NCBI RefSeq assembly: GCF_018350175.1
Contig: NC_058368.1
Coordinates: 161,450,001-161,514,000, forward strand
Direction: 5' to 3'
Length of the DNA: 64,000 nt
Origin: Felis catus
Taxonomy: Eukaryota
The position numbers and the translations under genes are program-made. Every line of letters begins with the position of its first letter. The first letter of the stretch is position 1. Positions 26,515 through 40,328 of the stretch are shown here, piece by piece. The notes under the pieces are model-generated. The model was given only the letters and a program-made list of their open reading frames with translations. It was not told where the DNA came from and ran no database searches.

Positions 26515-27440
26515 TCATCAAATAGATAACTAATGGATGTAATATATATCTGAAGACATCATTTTAACTGATGGATATAAAATATGAATTTTAGTGCCCA
26601 GGGAATATTTATATAAATCAGTTATATATCATGTCAAAAAGAAAACCTCAATACATTTCAGTAAGAAAACACTATATGGGCTATATTTCATGACCAGAAT
26701 ATCATAAAACTGTAAATAGAAATTAACCAGAAATAATCTGACAACCAGAAATTGTTAAATACTATGAAAATCTCTTGAGTTAAAAAGGAAATGACAATTA
26801 AAATTACAGATTCTTTGCAAATTAATTGATTTTAATGAAACTTCAAAAATTATGCGCTCTGGTCAAAGCTGTACTCAGAACAAATTTATAGCCTTTACGT
26901 TTCTTTATAAAGTTTGCTTATGTATATTGAGAGAGAGAGTGCACACACATGAGCAGGGGAGGTGCAGAGAGAGACAGGGATAGAGAGAATCCCACACAAG
27001 CTCCATACTGTCACCCCTTTCTTTTCTTTTAAATAAACCACAGGAGAAAGAAGAGTAATAATTTTTAAAGAAAGCATTTGATTCCAGGATATTTAAAAAA
27101 GAATATACAAAATAAAAATAAAAAAGCTACTAGAGAAGAAGTTCAAAAATAAAATAATAAGTTAATGGGTTGGAATAACATGATTTATTAATACTCTAAC
27201 ATAATGGATATTTAAAAAATAAAATTACAAAAAATTTTGGGAATTTTAATTTACTCTAAAGAAAACAAATACTTAAGGATGAAATAGATTATAATCACAG
27301 GTAGATTGGAGCTTAGAATTAGGAGAATGGTGTTTTCAATTTCATGAATGCAGTGTTCATTTCTATATTAATAGTTTGAGAATTTAGATTAAGTATATTA
27401 TTTCATTGGAAACTTGTATCATAAAAACTAATGTAGGCTT
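26515..27440 (+). mobile_element. Ancient L1M ORF2 (end of endonuclease onward) remnant
   Basis: gaaaacctcaatacatttca, tgaccagaatatcataaaactg, caaagctgtactcagaacaaatttatagcc. Confidence 0.65.
26904..27014 (-). mobile_element. 5'-truncated CanSINE
   Basis: tatattgagagagag...gagcaggggaggtgcagagagag...gaatcccacacaagctccatactgtca. Confidence 0.8.
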
Positions 27441-28689
27441 TGAAGGAGAGCTGTGAGGTCCAAGATACTGGGAAGGAACTAGAATCAGATAGACATTTAT
27501 GTTGAATCTCTGGTTTTACCTTTTCTTTCCATGTTGGATATATCACAGAGAAAAACCAAAAACAACCATTAGTTCTAAATAATCAAATTAACACAAAGAG
27601 GATACACTCAAACTGTCCCTATAATACACAACAATTAGACCTCTGTAAATATAGATTCAAAAAGGTTGGTTGCACACTGGACAATCTCACATTTTCAATA
27701 TAAGGTGTATGTGGTCTTACATCTAGAACAATTAAATATATAGCCTGACATTTGTAAAAGTAAAAAATTGAGAGTACATCTCCCTCAGAAAGGAAAAACT
27801 TAAAACACTAGATACCAACTATAAGGCTTGGCTTCCTATGAAGTATGTCAGTAGGTGTAAAGAGAAATTATAAGGTCTTGCTTCCATAAAGACATATGTA
27901 TATAAAAATTTTCCTAAAGGAAATGTAGAACTAAACAAGTAAATACAATTTGAAGTGTGGCCACACTGCTAGCATTTGTGTTGTTTTTATGATTATTGAA
28001 TGCAGAGAGAGGACTGTGGACTCTGGAGAGCTAAAGGGCTGAATTTGTCTTCATCTTTAAGTGACTTCTTTTTTCATTTCTCTGAGAGACACAACAGAAA
28101 TAGCTGGCTATGGTCATCAAGTCCCCCATTTAAAAAGGGACATCGTGGGCAGAACTGGCCTTCATGTTTCCAGGTCCCAGGGGAAGAGCATAGACGGAAG
28201 CTCTTGGACTCCCACCATTATTTGCCCACATGCTAACTCCAGCACCACTCACTGGCTCTGCTAAAGGTCCTGAAAGTAGGCTCAGGGCTATTGAGCCAGG
28301 AAATACCTGGACTCAGATATTTGGAATGTAGTCCAGAAGGGACACAGGAGTGAGGGCTCACTGACTACATAGATTCTATCCCAAGGGCAGATGTGCAGCT
28401 GGGGACCAAAGGTAGTCTCTATAAAATTATATTTAAAAAAATTAGGATATTATGGGAGATAATAGCAGAAAAATATAAATCATATGCTAAATGTAAATTT
28501 TCACCAATATGTTAGACACGGCTTTCCAAGGAAGTAGTTATTACTCTAAAACTGAATGGATATAGATATTAGGCATAACAAGGTGTATTAAAGAGAATTC
28601 TAGGAAGATTGAGTTATATGACCGATACTTTAAGATTTATCACTTATACCCCAATAAAGTTGTTCTAAAAATAAATAACATTTTATGAT

Positions 28690-29510
28690 AGATTAGTATA
28701 AAATATGGTGAGGGAAAGGAGGTTTAGAGAATAAAGCACTGATCACTGGCTAGAAGAACCTGAAGGAATTCACATGCTGCCAAGACATAAAGAAGCACAT
28801 TTTGAATGGAGAAAGATCATGAGTTTGTATTTACAGATATTATGTTTCAGATCTCCTTGAGATATATAATTGGATAGCACTCAGGAAAGAGGTCAAAGTT
28901 TGAAAATACTTTATGTTACCAGAATATACATGGGATCTGAGGCCATGAGAACATCTAGGGAGAGTTAGAAAATAATAAAAGCAGGGGCGCCTGGGTGGCT
29001 CAGTTGGTTGGGCGTCCGACTTCAGCCAGGTCACGATCTCGTGGTCCGTGAGTTCGAGCCCCGCGTCGGGCTCTGGGCTGATGGCTCAGAGCCTGGAGCC
29101 TGTTTCCGATTCTGTGTCTCCCTCTCTCTCTGCCCCTCCCCCGTTCATGCTCTGTCTCTCTCTATCCCAAAAATAAATAAACGTTGAAAAAAAAATTAAA
29201 AAAAAAAAAAAGAAAATAATAACAGCAACCCAAAAGAGACCCGAGGACTGAACTCTGAGTTGTGCTAACATTCAGAGGACAGTTAGCAAAGGAGACTGGA
29301 AAAAGAATAAAGTAAGAGAATTAGAAATAATAGAACTAGAGTTTGGAGTCTTGAATGTCAAATGAAAAAGAGAGGAGGGAGTGGGGAACTTGAATGTTTC
29401 TGATAGATCAAAATGTAAGGATAGAAAACTGCCCATTAGATATGCTAACCTTGAGTTGACCCAAGCAGTAAGGGTTTTAGTATAGAGGTAAGGAATGAAA
29501 GTTATGAAGT
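28690..29510 (-). mobile_element. L2 fragment interrupted by SINEC_Fc
   Basis: gaaagatcatgagtttgtattt; gaggactgaactctgag; agcaaaggagactgga; gatagatcaaaatgtaaggatagaaaactgcccattagat. Confidence 0.7.
28984..29210 (+). mobile_element. Young felid SINEC_Fc-type SINE
   Basis: Near-consensus body; 17-bp TSD agaaaataataa(a/c)agca at 28967-28983 and 29211-29227. Confidence 0.97.
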
Positions 29511-29589
29511 AAATAGGCAAAGCCAGCATTGTTTGAGGACTTGGGATTTGAGTGTTGGATTAATCTGCATAATTAACTAAATAGTCCAG

Positions 29590-29850
29590 CTTTTCTCTAC
29601 CAAACCCCTCCTTACTGGCTTATCTCATGGACATCAGGCATGGCCATGTGATAATCTTTGTCTAATGAAATGTGAGTGGAAGTTTGATTTAGGCACACTA
29701 TTTCCAACAAAACCATTAAGAGTCATCAAATGGTTCCACCATGGCTCTTTTGCCCTGGCACTATCTTGACATGCATACATTACAGCTGCTACATCAGCTT
29801 GGGTCCTAGAAGGAAAGACTCCAAACCAAGATGGATGTGTAATATGAGAC
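29590..29850 (+). mobile_element. MLT1I-like LTR fragment
   Basis: ggcatggccatgtga...ctaatgaaatgtgagtggaag; catcagcttgggtcc; atggatgtgtaatatgag. Confidence 0.7.
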
Positions 29851-30079
29851 TTCAGAATAGGCTAGTGACAGATAATTAGAAGGAAATACTGTTGATTTTG
29901 CTGTTTGATTTAAATGTGATGATTTGTAATCATACTGTGGCTATTTCCTACAGAGGAAAAAGTAAATGTGTAGCAGGAGATAGAAATTCAGTCTGAATAT
30001 GTAAAGTAATACTGCTAATGTAGAACAGGTTTAAAAGAGGCAATAATATAAATATGTTAAAACAGGATTATATAAGATG

Positions 30080-30333
30080 TAGATAGATATATATATACAC
30101 ATATACATATATGCATGTGTATATGTATATATAAAATATTATGTATATTATATGTATATAAAATATGTATATATAAATATAAAATAAATATATGTATACA
30201 AATGTATAAAAATGTATAAATATATAAATATGTATTTTATTTTATGTATATATAAAATAGTATGTATATTATTTTATGTATATATAAAATATTGTGTATA
30301 TATAAAATATAAAATAAATAGTATAGTATAAAT
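30080..30333. repeat. AT-rich low-complexity (TA/TATG/TAAAA) tract
   Basis: Read directly. Confidence 0.9.
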
Positions 30334-32684
30334 AGTGAGCCAACACTATTTTTAAATGTTTCTGTGAAAATCGTACAATGAATAGATTTACCCATTTTTC
30401 TAACCTACTCTGCCTATGTCTGGTTATTCTGTTGACCCCTTAGTATTCAGGATCTAATAATGAGACTGCTAAAAGACTTAGAACATTATCAAACTTTGCT
30501 TGTAAAGTAAATTTAAGTATGTGTAAATATATGAATAGCAACTTATTTTTAAGACAAGCATAGGTTTTAACACATCTGTATTTCCCAGTCCTATGTGACA
30601 TATTACTGCTTATCACTGAAGTCTTATGATTATTGAAGCCTAATTGTGTTTTACAACCAAAAAAAAATTGACTGTGGAGATTTATATTTCTTGATAACTT
30701 ATTTCTTGTTTAAAACCTGTATTTTCCATCGGAAGCATCTTTTAGGGAAATACTACATTTTATTGGAAGCATTGTCAAGGAAAATACTACATTTTATTCA
30801 AAAGTGCTATACTAGTAACCTCCTAAAAACATTCCTATATAACCTGCTTTCTTTGATTTAAAGGACACTATTTCCAAAAATGTGACTCTATAAAGCTGAC
30901 ACATCTCAGTGTTCTAGTTTGCTTCCCCATCAGTGACTTTCCTATCATATGCACTCAGTTACCAAGTTCTTTTTTTTTTAATAATGTAGTCAGTAGTGCA
31001 ACCTTAACCACTTATTAGAAAATCAAGCTATGTTCTTTCCACTTCATACATCATCAACAGCAATAAAAATTCCAAGATCAGGATGTTTCTGGCAGCATTT
31101 TGACACAGCATTAGGTGGAAAAAAAAAATCTAACTTGCTTTTTAGATGTTCACAGCTCAGCATTGATGATAATAATGCAATTGTTTTTTTCTTCTGTGAA
31201 ATAAGTAGACCTGATTTCTGTGACTTATCAGGCTGAATGTATGTGCGGTGAAAGAGTGCTATTTGAAGTCTGACAGGAAACCTTTCTGATCACAGTTCTC
31301 CTCCTCAAATTATGTAATTTATTCAAGATAATGGGACTTGTAATGCTGTTAGTGATAATGGAAAATATTTATTTATGAAAACTGACTAGTCTATACAGGC
31401 TATATGTAGGAATGCTTGATTTAACTTCTTTCATTTTACTTGCTAACTGGGACAAAGTTTTCTTCCCTCTCACGACTATGTTTATGTTTCTTTTCACTCC
31501 TGGTTGAAAAAAATCTGTTTTGTTGTTGCTAGAATAATCATATTAAAATCTGTTCACATTAGCAACAAAAAATATTCTGAGTGGTTGCTCCATATTTTTA
31601 TGGTTTCCACTTCCCACATTGTCCCAAGGATAGCATCAAGACATGAGTTATAGGATAAAAGTGAGGAGGGCAGAAGGATAGAAAACAATAGAGCGTAGAG
31701 GAAGAAGCTAAGCAGAAACTAAGGGATACTCAGGGCCTAGCCATGAAGCTGTACAGATTAAAAGGTAACCCTAGAGGAAATAATGTTTGGCTTAAATCTG
31801 TGGAATGATTAGATGTTAATAGCCAACAAATAATAAGGCTGTTTGCTAAATGCTAAGTTTGATTTAAATAATGGACAGTGCCTGTATATAATGGAAGGGT
31901 TGCGTATGCAAGAAAGTCAGATACCCAGAGTGATAAATTAAAACCAAAATTAAATATATATTATATCATAAATATAAATATAAGTAGTCTGGTTCTTCTA
32001 CTTTAGACATTCACAATCTGGGACATTTTCTCTGATACAGATGCACAGATATGCAGGAATACTATGAAATGGTTGTATATACTCCTCCCTCAAAAATCAG
32101 TTTAGAATTCGAATCACAATATAGGTCACAATTATATATATGGATCACTAGAGCTCTCTGAATACCTCTAAATACCTTCATAAATAACAAGTATGATTTT
32201 TTTTCTTTTTAAATTTACATCCAAGTTAATTAAAATATAGTGCAACAATGATTTCAGGGGTAGATTCCCTGATGCCTCTTACCCATGTAGCCTATCCCCC
32301 GTCACACAACTCCTACAGGAACCCTCTATTTGTTCTCCATATTTAAGAGTCTCTTATGTTTTGTCCCCCTCCCTGTTTTTATATTATTTTTGCTTCCCTT
32401 CCCTTGTTGTCATCTGTTCTGTGTCTTAAAGTCCTTGTGAGTAAAGCCTTATGATACTTGTCTTTCAGTGACTGACTTATTTCACTTAGCATAATACACT
32501 CTAGTTCCATTCACATAGTTGCAAATGGCAAGATTTCTTTCTTTTTGATTGCCAAGTAATATTCCATTGTATATATGTACCATCTCTTCTTTATTCATTC
32601 ATCCATCGATGGACATTTCAGCTGTTTCCATACTTTGGCTATTGTTGATAGAGTTTATATAAACGTTGGGGTGCCTGTGCCCCT

Positions 32685-35600
32685 TCAAAACAGCACCTCT
32701 GTATCCCTTGGGTAAATACCTAGTAGTGCATTTGCTGGGTCGTACGGTAGTTCTATTTTTAATTTTTTGAGGACCCTCCATACTGTTTTCCAGAGTGGCT
32801 GCACCAGTTTGCATTGCCACCAGCAGTGCAAAAGAGATCCTCTTTCTCTGCATCCTCGCCAACATCTGTTGTGGCCTGAGTTGTTAATGTTAGCCATTCT
32901 AACAGGTGTAAGGTGGTATCTCATTGTGGTTTTGATTTGTATTTCCCTGATGATGAGTGATGTTGAGCATTTTTCCATGTGTCGGTTACCATCTGGATGT
33001 CTTCTTTGGAGAATTGTCTATTCATGTCTTCTGCCCATTTCTGCACTGGATTATTTGTTTTTTGGGCGTTGAGTTTGATAAGTTCTTTATAGATTTTGGA
33101 TGCTCACGCTTTATCTGATAGGTCATTTGCAAATATCTTCTGCCATTCTGTCGGTTGCCTTTTCGTTTTACTGATTGTTTCCTTCACTGTGCAGAAGCTT
33201 TTTATTTTGATGAGGTCCCAGTAGTTCATTTTTGCTGTTGTTTCCCTTGCCTCTGGAGACATGTTGAGTAAGAAGTTGCAGCGGTGAGGTCAAAGAGATT
33301 TTGCCTGCTTTCTCCTCGAGGATTTGGAGTATCCAAATGTCTTACATTGAGGTCTTTCATCCATTTGGAGTTTATTTTTGTGTATGGTGTAAGAAAGTGG
33401 TCCAGGTTCATTTCTCTGCATGTTGCTGTCCAGTTTTCTCAGCGCCACCTGCTGAAGAGACTGTCTTTATTCCACTAAATATTTTTTCCTGCTTTGTCAA
33501 AGATTAGTTGGCCATATGTCTGTGGATCCATTTCTGGGTTCTCTATTCTGTTCCATTGATCTGAGTTTCTGTTTTCATGCCAGTACCATACTGTCTTGAT
33601 GATTACAGCTTTGTAATACATCTTGAAGTCCAGGAGTGTGATGCCTGCAGCTTTGGTTTTCTTCTTCAAGATTGCTTTGGCTATTCAGGGTCTTTTTTGG
33701 TTCCACACAAGTTTTAGGATTGTTTGTTCCAGCTCTGTGAAGAATGCTGGTGTTATTTGGATAGGTATCACATTGAACATGTAGATTGCTTTGGGTAGTA
33801 TCGACATGTTAACAGCATTTGTTCTTCTAATCCATGAGCATGGAATAGTCTTCCATTTTTTTTTAAATTTTTTTTAATGTTTATTTATTTTTGAAGGAGA
33901 GAGAGAGAGACAGTGTGAGTGGGGGAGGGGCAGAGAGAGAGAGAGAGAGAGAGAGGCACAGAATCTGAAGCAGGCTCCAGGCTCCGAGCTGGCAGCACAG
34001 AGCCCAATGCGGGGCTAGAACTCACAAACCGTGAGATCATGACCTGAATCGGACGCTTAACCGACTGAGCCACCCAGGTGCCCCTATTCTTCCATTTTTT
34101 GTGTGTCTTCTTCAGTTTCTTTCATAAGTTTTCTATAGTTTCCAGTATATAGATTTTTTTGTGTCTTTGGTTAGGTTTGTTCGTAGTTATTTTGTGGGTT
34201 TTGGTGCAATTGTAAATGGGATTGATTCCTTGATTTCTCCTTCAGTTGCTTCACTATTGGCGTATAGAAATACAACCGATTTCTGTGCACTGATTTTATA
34301 TCCTGTGACTTTGCTGAATTCATGGGTCAGTTCTAGCAGTTTTTTGGTGGAACCTTGGGTTTTCCATGATAGAGTATCTTGTCATCCACAAAGAGTGAAA
34401 GCTTGACTTCCTCCTGGCTGATTTGGATGTCTTCTATTCCTTTGTGTTGTCTGATTGCTGAGGCTAAGACTTCCAATACTATGTTGAATAACAATGGCGA
34501 GAGTGGACATCCCTGTCTTGTTCCTGAACTTAGGGGGAAAGCGCTCAGTTTTTCCCCATGGAGGATGATATTAGTGATGGGTCTTTCATATGTCGGTGTT
34601 ATGCTCTTGAGGTATGATCCTTCTATCCCTACTTTCTTGGGGGTTTTTATCTAAATAGATGTTGTATTTTGTCAAATGCTCTCTCTGCATCTTTGAGAGG
34701 ATCATGTGGTTCTTGTCCTTTCTTTTATTGATGTGATATGTCACATTGATTGTTTTGTGGATATTGAACCAGCCCTGCATCCCAGGTGTAAATCCCACTT
34801 GATCACGGTGAATAATTCTTTTATTGTATTGTTGGATCCAGTTGGCTAGTATCTTGTTGAGGATTTTTGCATCCAGGTCCATCAGGGAATTTGGTCTATA
34901 GTTCTCCTTTTTAGTGGGGTCTTTGTCTGGTTTTGGAATAAAGGTAATGCTGACTTCGTAGAAAAAGTTTGGAAGTTTTCCTTCCATTTCTGTTTTTTGG
35001 AACAACTTCAAGAGAATAGGTGTTAACTCTTCTTTAAATGTTTGCTAGAATTCCCCTGGAAAGCCATCCGTCCCTGGACTCTTGTTTTTTGAGAGGTTTC
35101 TGATTACTGATTCAATTTCTTTACTGATTATGGGTCTGTTCAAATTTTCGATTTCTTCCTGTTTCAGTTTTGGTAGCTTATATGTTTTTAGGAATTTCTC
35201 CACTTCTTCCAGATCACCCATTTTATTGGCATATAATTGCTCATAATAATCTCTTGTTTGTAGTTCTGCAGTGTTGGTTGTGATCTCTCCTCTTTCATTC
35301 TTGATTTATTTATTTGGTTCCTTTCCTTTTTGCTTTAGATCAGACTGACTAGGGGTTTATCAATTTTGTTAATTCTTTCAAAGAACCAGCTACTGGTTTT
35401 GTTGATGTGTTCTATTCTTTGTTTATTTGTTTGTTTTTTCCCAATAGCATTGATTTCCAGTCTAATCTTTATTTCTTGTCTTCTGCTGGTTTTGAGTTTT
35501 ATTTGCTGTTCTTTTTCCAGATCTGAAGTATAAGGTTAGGTTGTGTACCTGAGACCTTTCTTCTTTCTCTAGGAAGGCCTGGATTGCTACATGCTTTCCT

Positions 35601-36522
35601 CTTATGGCCACCTTTGCTTCAGCTCAGAGGTTTTAGGTTGTGGTGTTATCATTTCCATTGGCTTCCAAATACTTTTTAATTTTCTCTTTAACTTCTTGGT
35701 TAACCCATTAATTCATTAGTTAGTTGTTCTGTAGCCTCCAAGTATTTGTTATTTTTCCAAATTTTTTCTTGTGGTTGATTTCAAGTTTCATAGCATTGTG
35801 GTCTGAAAATATGCATACTATGGTCTCAATCTTTTTGTACTTGTTGAGGGCTTATTTGTGTCTCAGTATGTGATCTATTCTGGAGAATGTTCCACGTGCA
35901 CTCGAGAAGAATTTGTATTCTGCTGCTCTAGGGTGAAATGTTCTGAATATATATTTGTTAAGTCCATCCAGTCAAGTGTGCCATTCAAAACCATTGTTTC
36001 CTTTTTGACTTTCTGTTTAGATGATGTGTGCATTGTTGTAAGTGGAGTGCTGAAGTCCCCTACTATTATGGTATTATTATCAATGAGTTTCTCTGTATTC
36101 TCTGTATTTGTGATTAATTGATTTATGTATTTTTGTATTTTCCCATTGGGGGCATAAATGTTTATAATTGTTTGATCTTCTTGGTGGATAGGCCCAGTAA
36201 TTATGATATAATGCACTTCTTCATGTCTTGTTACTGTCTTTATTTTAAAATCTAGATTCTCTGATATAAGTATGGCTACTACAGGTTTGTTTGCTTTTTT
36301 TTTTTTTTTTTTTTTTTTTTTGCCTCCATTACCATAATAGCTGATTCTCCATCCTCTTACTTTCAATCTGAAGGTGTCTTTAGGTCTAAAGTGGATCTCT
36401 TGAGAACAACATATAGATGGATTTTAGTTTCTTATCCATTCTGTTATCCTATGTCTTTTGATTGGAATATTTAGTCTATTGACATTTAAAGTGAGTACTG
36501 AAAGATATGAACCTACTGCCAT
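32685..36522 (-). pseudogene. Disrupted L1 ORF2 (endonuclease/RT), copy 1
   Basis: Fragments [67 protein letters not shown]; stops, frameshifts and a SINE insertion. Confidence 0.93.
33862..34084 (-). mobile_element. CanSINE inserted in L1 copy 1
   Basis: TSD ta(g/t)tcttccatttttt at 33846-33861 and 34085-34100; empty site in copy 2 at 49462-49477. Confidence 0.96.
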
Positions 36523-36580
36523 TGTGTTGCCTGTAGACTTGGAGTTTCTATTGGTGTTCTCTGGTCCTTTCAAGTCTTTG

Positions 36581-37487
36581 TTACTTTTGGTCTTTTTCAT
36601 TTTGTTTTGTCTTTTCTCCCCTTAGAGTCCTGCTTAAAATTTCTTGCAAGTCTGGTATAGTGTTTATAAACTCTTTTCGTTTTTGTTTGTCTGGGAAACT
36701 CTTTATCTCTCCTTCTATTTTGAATGAGCCTTGCTGGATAAAGAATTCTTGGCTGCCTATTTTTTTCCAGTTCAGCACGTTGAATATATCCTGCCACTCC
36801 TTTCTGGCCTGCCAGGTTTCTGTGGATAGGTCTGCTGCAAACCTGATCTGTCTTCCTTATAGGTAAGGACTTTCTTTTTTCCCTTGCTGCTTTCATAATT
36901 TCTTTCCTTGTGTGTGTATTTTGTGAATGACTATTATATGCTTTATTGATGGTTAGTTTTTGTGGAATTTAATGGGAGTTCTCTGTGCTTCCTGAATTTT
37001 GATGTCTGTTTCTTTCCCTAGGTTAGGAAAGTTTTCTGCTATGAATGGTCACATAAACCTTCTAGCCAGCTCTCTCTTCTTCCTCTGGGACCCCTATGAT
37101 TCAGATGTTATTCCTTTTTAATGTGTCACTGAGTTCTCTAATTCTTATATCATGCTCTTCTGCCTCCTTTTTTTTTTCTGTTTCATTATTCTCCATAAGT
37201 TTGTCCTCTGTCTCACTGATTCACTGCTCTGCTTCATCTATCCTTGCCACCGTGGCAAACATTCGAGGTTGCATCTTAGTTATAGCATTTTATATTTTGT
37301 CCTGACTAGATTTTACTTCTTTTATCTATACAGATAAGGATTCTATGCTTTTTTTCAACTCCAGCCAGTATTCTTATTTTTGTGATCTAAATTCTGGTTC
37401 AGATATCTTGTTTATATCTGTGTTGACTACGTCTCTGGCTATCATTTCTTCCTCTTCTTTCTTTTGGGGTGAATTCCTTTATTTCAT
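36581..37487 (-). pseudogene. Disrupted L1 ORF1, copy 1
   Basis: MKAAREK, QPRILYPARL, FKIEGEIKSFPDKQK fragments in shifting frames. Confidence 0.88.
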
Positions 37488-39568
37488 GATTTTGGAGGAA
37501 GAAAAAGAATTAATAAAGTAAAAAAAATTAAATTAAAAAAATTGAAAACAACACACAAAAAATCAAATAAAGGAAGCTAGATTCTAAATGTGTTTGGGTC
37601 TCGTTGTTTAAAGAAGCTTGATAGAATAGAGAAAAAAAGGAAAGAAAATAAAAAAAGAAGGAAAAAAGTAGGAAAACATTTAAAATTTTAAAAAGATGAT
37701 ACAATAAAATAGAAAAAAATGAAATGAAAGTAGACAAAAAATTTACAAATAATAAAAAAATACATTAGGAAAAAAGTAAAGAAAATTCTTTTTTGTAAAA
37801 ACTGGAAATAAAAATCATTTTTTTCTCTTTCTGTGTCAACGATTAATAAAAGAAAAAAATGAATAGATGGACAAACAGAATGAAATCCGAATGAAATTGC
37901 ATCGATTCCCCTAGAAGTCAAACTATGAAGCACTTTATAGATGGTAAACAAGCAGATGGAGAGACTTGTGGTGTTCTTCTAGAGCTTAGTTTGTGCAGTT
38001 GGATGGGGGTTGGTGTAATGGCTCCATTTTCCACTCGGTGGCGTTGCTTAACTTACCAGGGTGGATCAGTGTGGTGTGAATATGGATGTATGTGCATGCG
38101 TGGGAGAGGTAATAGTGGCATTACCCACCTTCCCAGTCTCTAGCATCAGAGCTCTGTGCTCTTGCCAACCTGCAATCAAGCACCTCTCCTTTGTCTCTGG
38201 CTTCCACCCACTCTCTGCTTCTACGCTGTCCCCGGCCAAGCCATCAGCCTGCCAAGCAGTACCTCTGTCCCGAATTTTATCTCAGATGGGGCTCATTTGA
38301 GGGCCCTGCAGCTGTGACCCACTCAGATTCTCTGGAGGGGGGGGCTCGCCAAGCAATGGCCGGTGCCAGCTTGCCCCCTGGGAATGCTCACACAACCGCA
38401 CTGCTGCCGAAGCCCTGAGACTGCAGCCAGGTGCCAGCCCACCCCAGAAAATTTTTGTGTGATCTTGTAGCAGCAGCAGTTCAGGGACTATGGTAAATCA
38501 CAACAGGCATCTGCCACTAGGCTTCACTGCACCCTAGCGACCTTGATCCATCACCAGCAAACGTGGCTGTAATATGGGGTCCACTGGCACTTTTGCTTGT
38601 GGAGAGGGTGCATAGCCTCTACCAAATATCGTCCTGGCAGGGAACTGCCTCTTCCCATGTGTCCTGAGGATGCCAAGGACTCTGCCATCTGCTTCTGGGG
38701 ATTTGCTTTTCCCACCAGAGCACCTCCACGTATCCAGCCACATAGTTTCTGACTCTGTGCTCCCCTGTTTATAGTCTTAATGGTGTTGAAACCCTCTCCT
38801 TTCCCCTTCTCCCTTTCTTGTCCAGTTCCTTGTGGGTGTTTCCCCTCTTTCTCTTTCACTCCAGCTGCTTTTGGGCGGAGTGCTTTTCCTATACTCTCCC
38901 CCTTCTCTGTTCTCTCTCAGCAAACAAAAAACAGCTCCCTACCCTCCGCGGCTTCTGTCTCCCCCAGTTTACCTCTCTGCACCACATACCTGCCAAATTC
39001 TGTGGTTCAAGTTGTGCAGATTGTTGTATTAATCCTCAAGTCAGTTTTCCTGGTGTGCAAGTTGTTTTGGTGCTGATCTGGTTGCATTTCAGGGACAAAA
39101 GCAGTAGCGAACTTCTATGCTGCTATGCCATCTTGGCTGTTCTCTCACCAATAGCGCCCCAAGGGAAGTTTATTTTTAAAATATTTATCAAGTTGCTCTG
39201 AAGGCTAATAGTGCTAATCTTTTATGATGATCATTTAAAAAAATAGTTATCTGGACTTTTCAAGTTAAGTCAAAATCTTCGTAACATGAATCAGAATCAA
39301 GAAAATCTTAGATTTGTCTTTAGATAGAAACAAATTTACATATAAAACTTTAAGTGTTTATTTTGCACAATTCTCTTTTCCAGAATGCTAACACTTATAA
39401 TAAAGTATGTTTTATTTGCTGTCTGTATGAAGTGAGAGAAACAAATATATAGGCAGCTTGTTTTAATTTGTTCTATGAGGACACAAGATACCATTTTTGG
39501 AGTATTGTAGTAAATGAAGGTCTTAATAGGTTGGTCAGCTAATATTTTTTTCACCTATTTTACTTTTT

Positions 39569-39789
39569 TTTTTTTTAATTTTTTTTCAACGTTTATTTAT
39601 TTTTGGGACAGAGAGAGACAGAGCATGAACGGGGGAGGGGCAGAGAGAGAGGGAGACACAGAATCGGAAACAGGCTCCAGGCTCTGAGCCATCAGCCCAG
39701 AGCCTGACGCGGGGCTCGAACTCATGGACCGTGAGATCGTGACCTGGCTGAAGTCGGACGCTTAACCGACTGCGCCACCCAGGCGCCCC
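39569..39789 (-). mobile_element. Young felid SINEC_Fc-type SINE
   Basis: Near-consensus body with intact CpGs; perfect 18-bp TSD tcacctattttacttttt. Confidence 0.97.
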
Positions 39790-39818
39790 TCACCTATTTT
39801 ACTTTTTAAAAAACTCTT

Positions 39819-39926
39819 TTTTTTAATGTAATCTCTGTGCCTAGTGTGGGGCTCCAACTCACTATGACCCCTAGATCAAGCTCTTGATATACTGCAATTC
39901 CACTAATTGAGCCATCCAGGCACCCC
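39819..39926 (-). mobile_element. Short tRNA-derived carnivore SINE (SINEC_old-like, no CT tract)
   Basis: ggggtgcctggatggctcaattag head on the minus strand; TSD ttaa(a/g)aaactctt. Confidence 0.8.
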
Positions 39927-40252
39927 TTAAGAAACTCTTAATGAGTAATAATTGTGTTCAGAAAACAATGCCAATACCATTATAAATATGAGACAACATA
40001 AATGTCTGATTGGTATACTCTATCTTGGAAAAGTCTCCCAGATTATGATCATCCTGTACTTGTATATGAAGGACTCATTTTTCACCCTTGCTTATGTGTC
40101 CTCTTCCAGATAATAGCTTGGTCTATTGTGACTCTCGGTGACTAAAATAGCACCTTTTCCTCCTTACTGTAAACTGATGTGTCACATTTTTCTCCACTTT
40201 CCCTTACTATATTTTATTTCTTGAGTTGAGTAAATTGCATTTCAAATAATCT

Positions 40253-40256
<4 letters not shown>

Positions 40257-40328
<72 letters not shown>
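40257..40328. repeat. (TA)n(CA)n compound microsatellite
   Basis: Read directly. Confidence 0.96.

Larger units (their letters stand above)
32196..39146 (-). mobile_element. Full-length inactive carnivore L1 (copy 1)
   Basis: 5' end with YY1-type CAAGATGGC (39127-39135 on the minus strand), GC-richer 5'UTR, ORF1 and ORF2 remnants, 3'UTR and polyA; no clear TSD. Confidence 0.96.

Noticed and set aside
27820..27891. Two imperfect ~23-bp direct repeats 49 bp apart (CRISPR-like spacing)
   Set aside because: Only two degenerate copies in a mammalian context.
39147..39180. TSD for L1 copy 1 (aagtttattttt vs aagtatgatttt at about 32189)
   Set aside because: Too short, AT-rich and mismatched to call.
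39819..39926. tRNA gene
   Set aside because: Degenerate tRNA-like head with A-tail and TSD, so a SINE rather than a functional tRNA.
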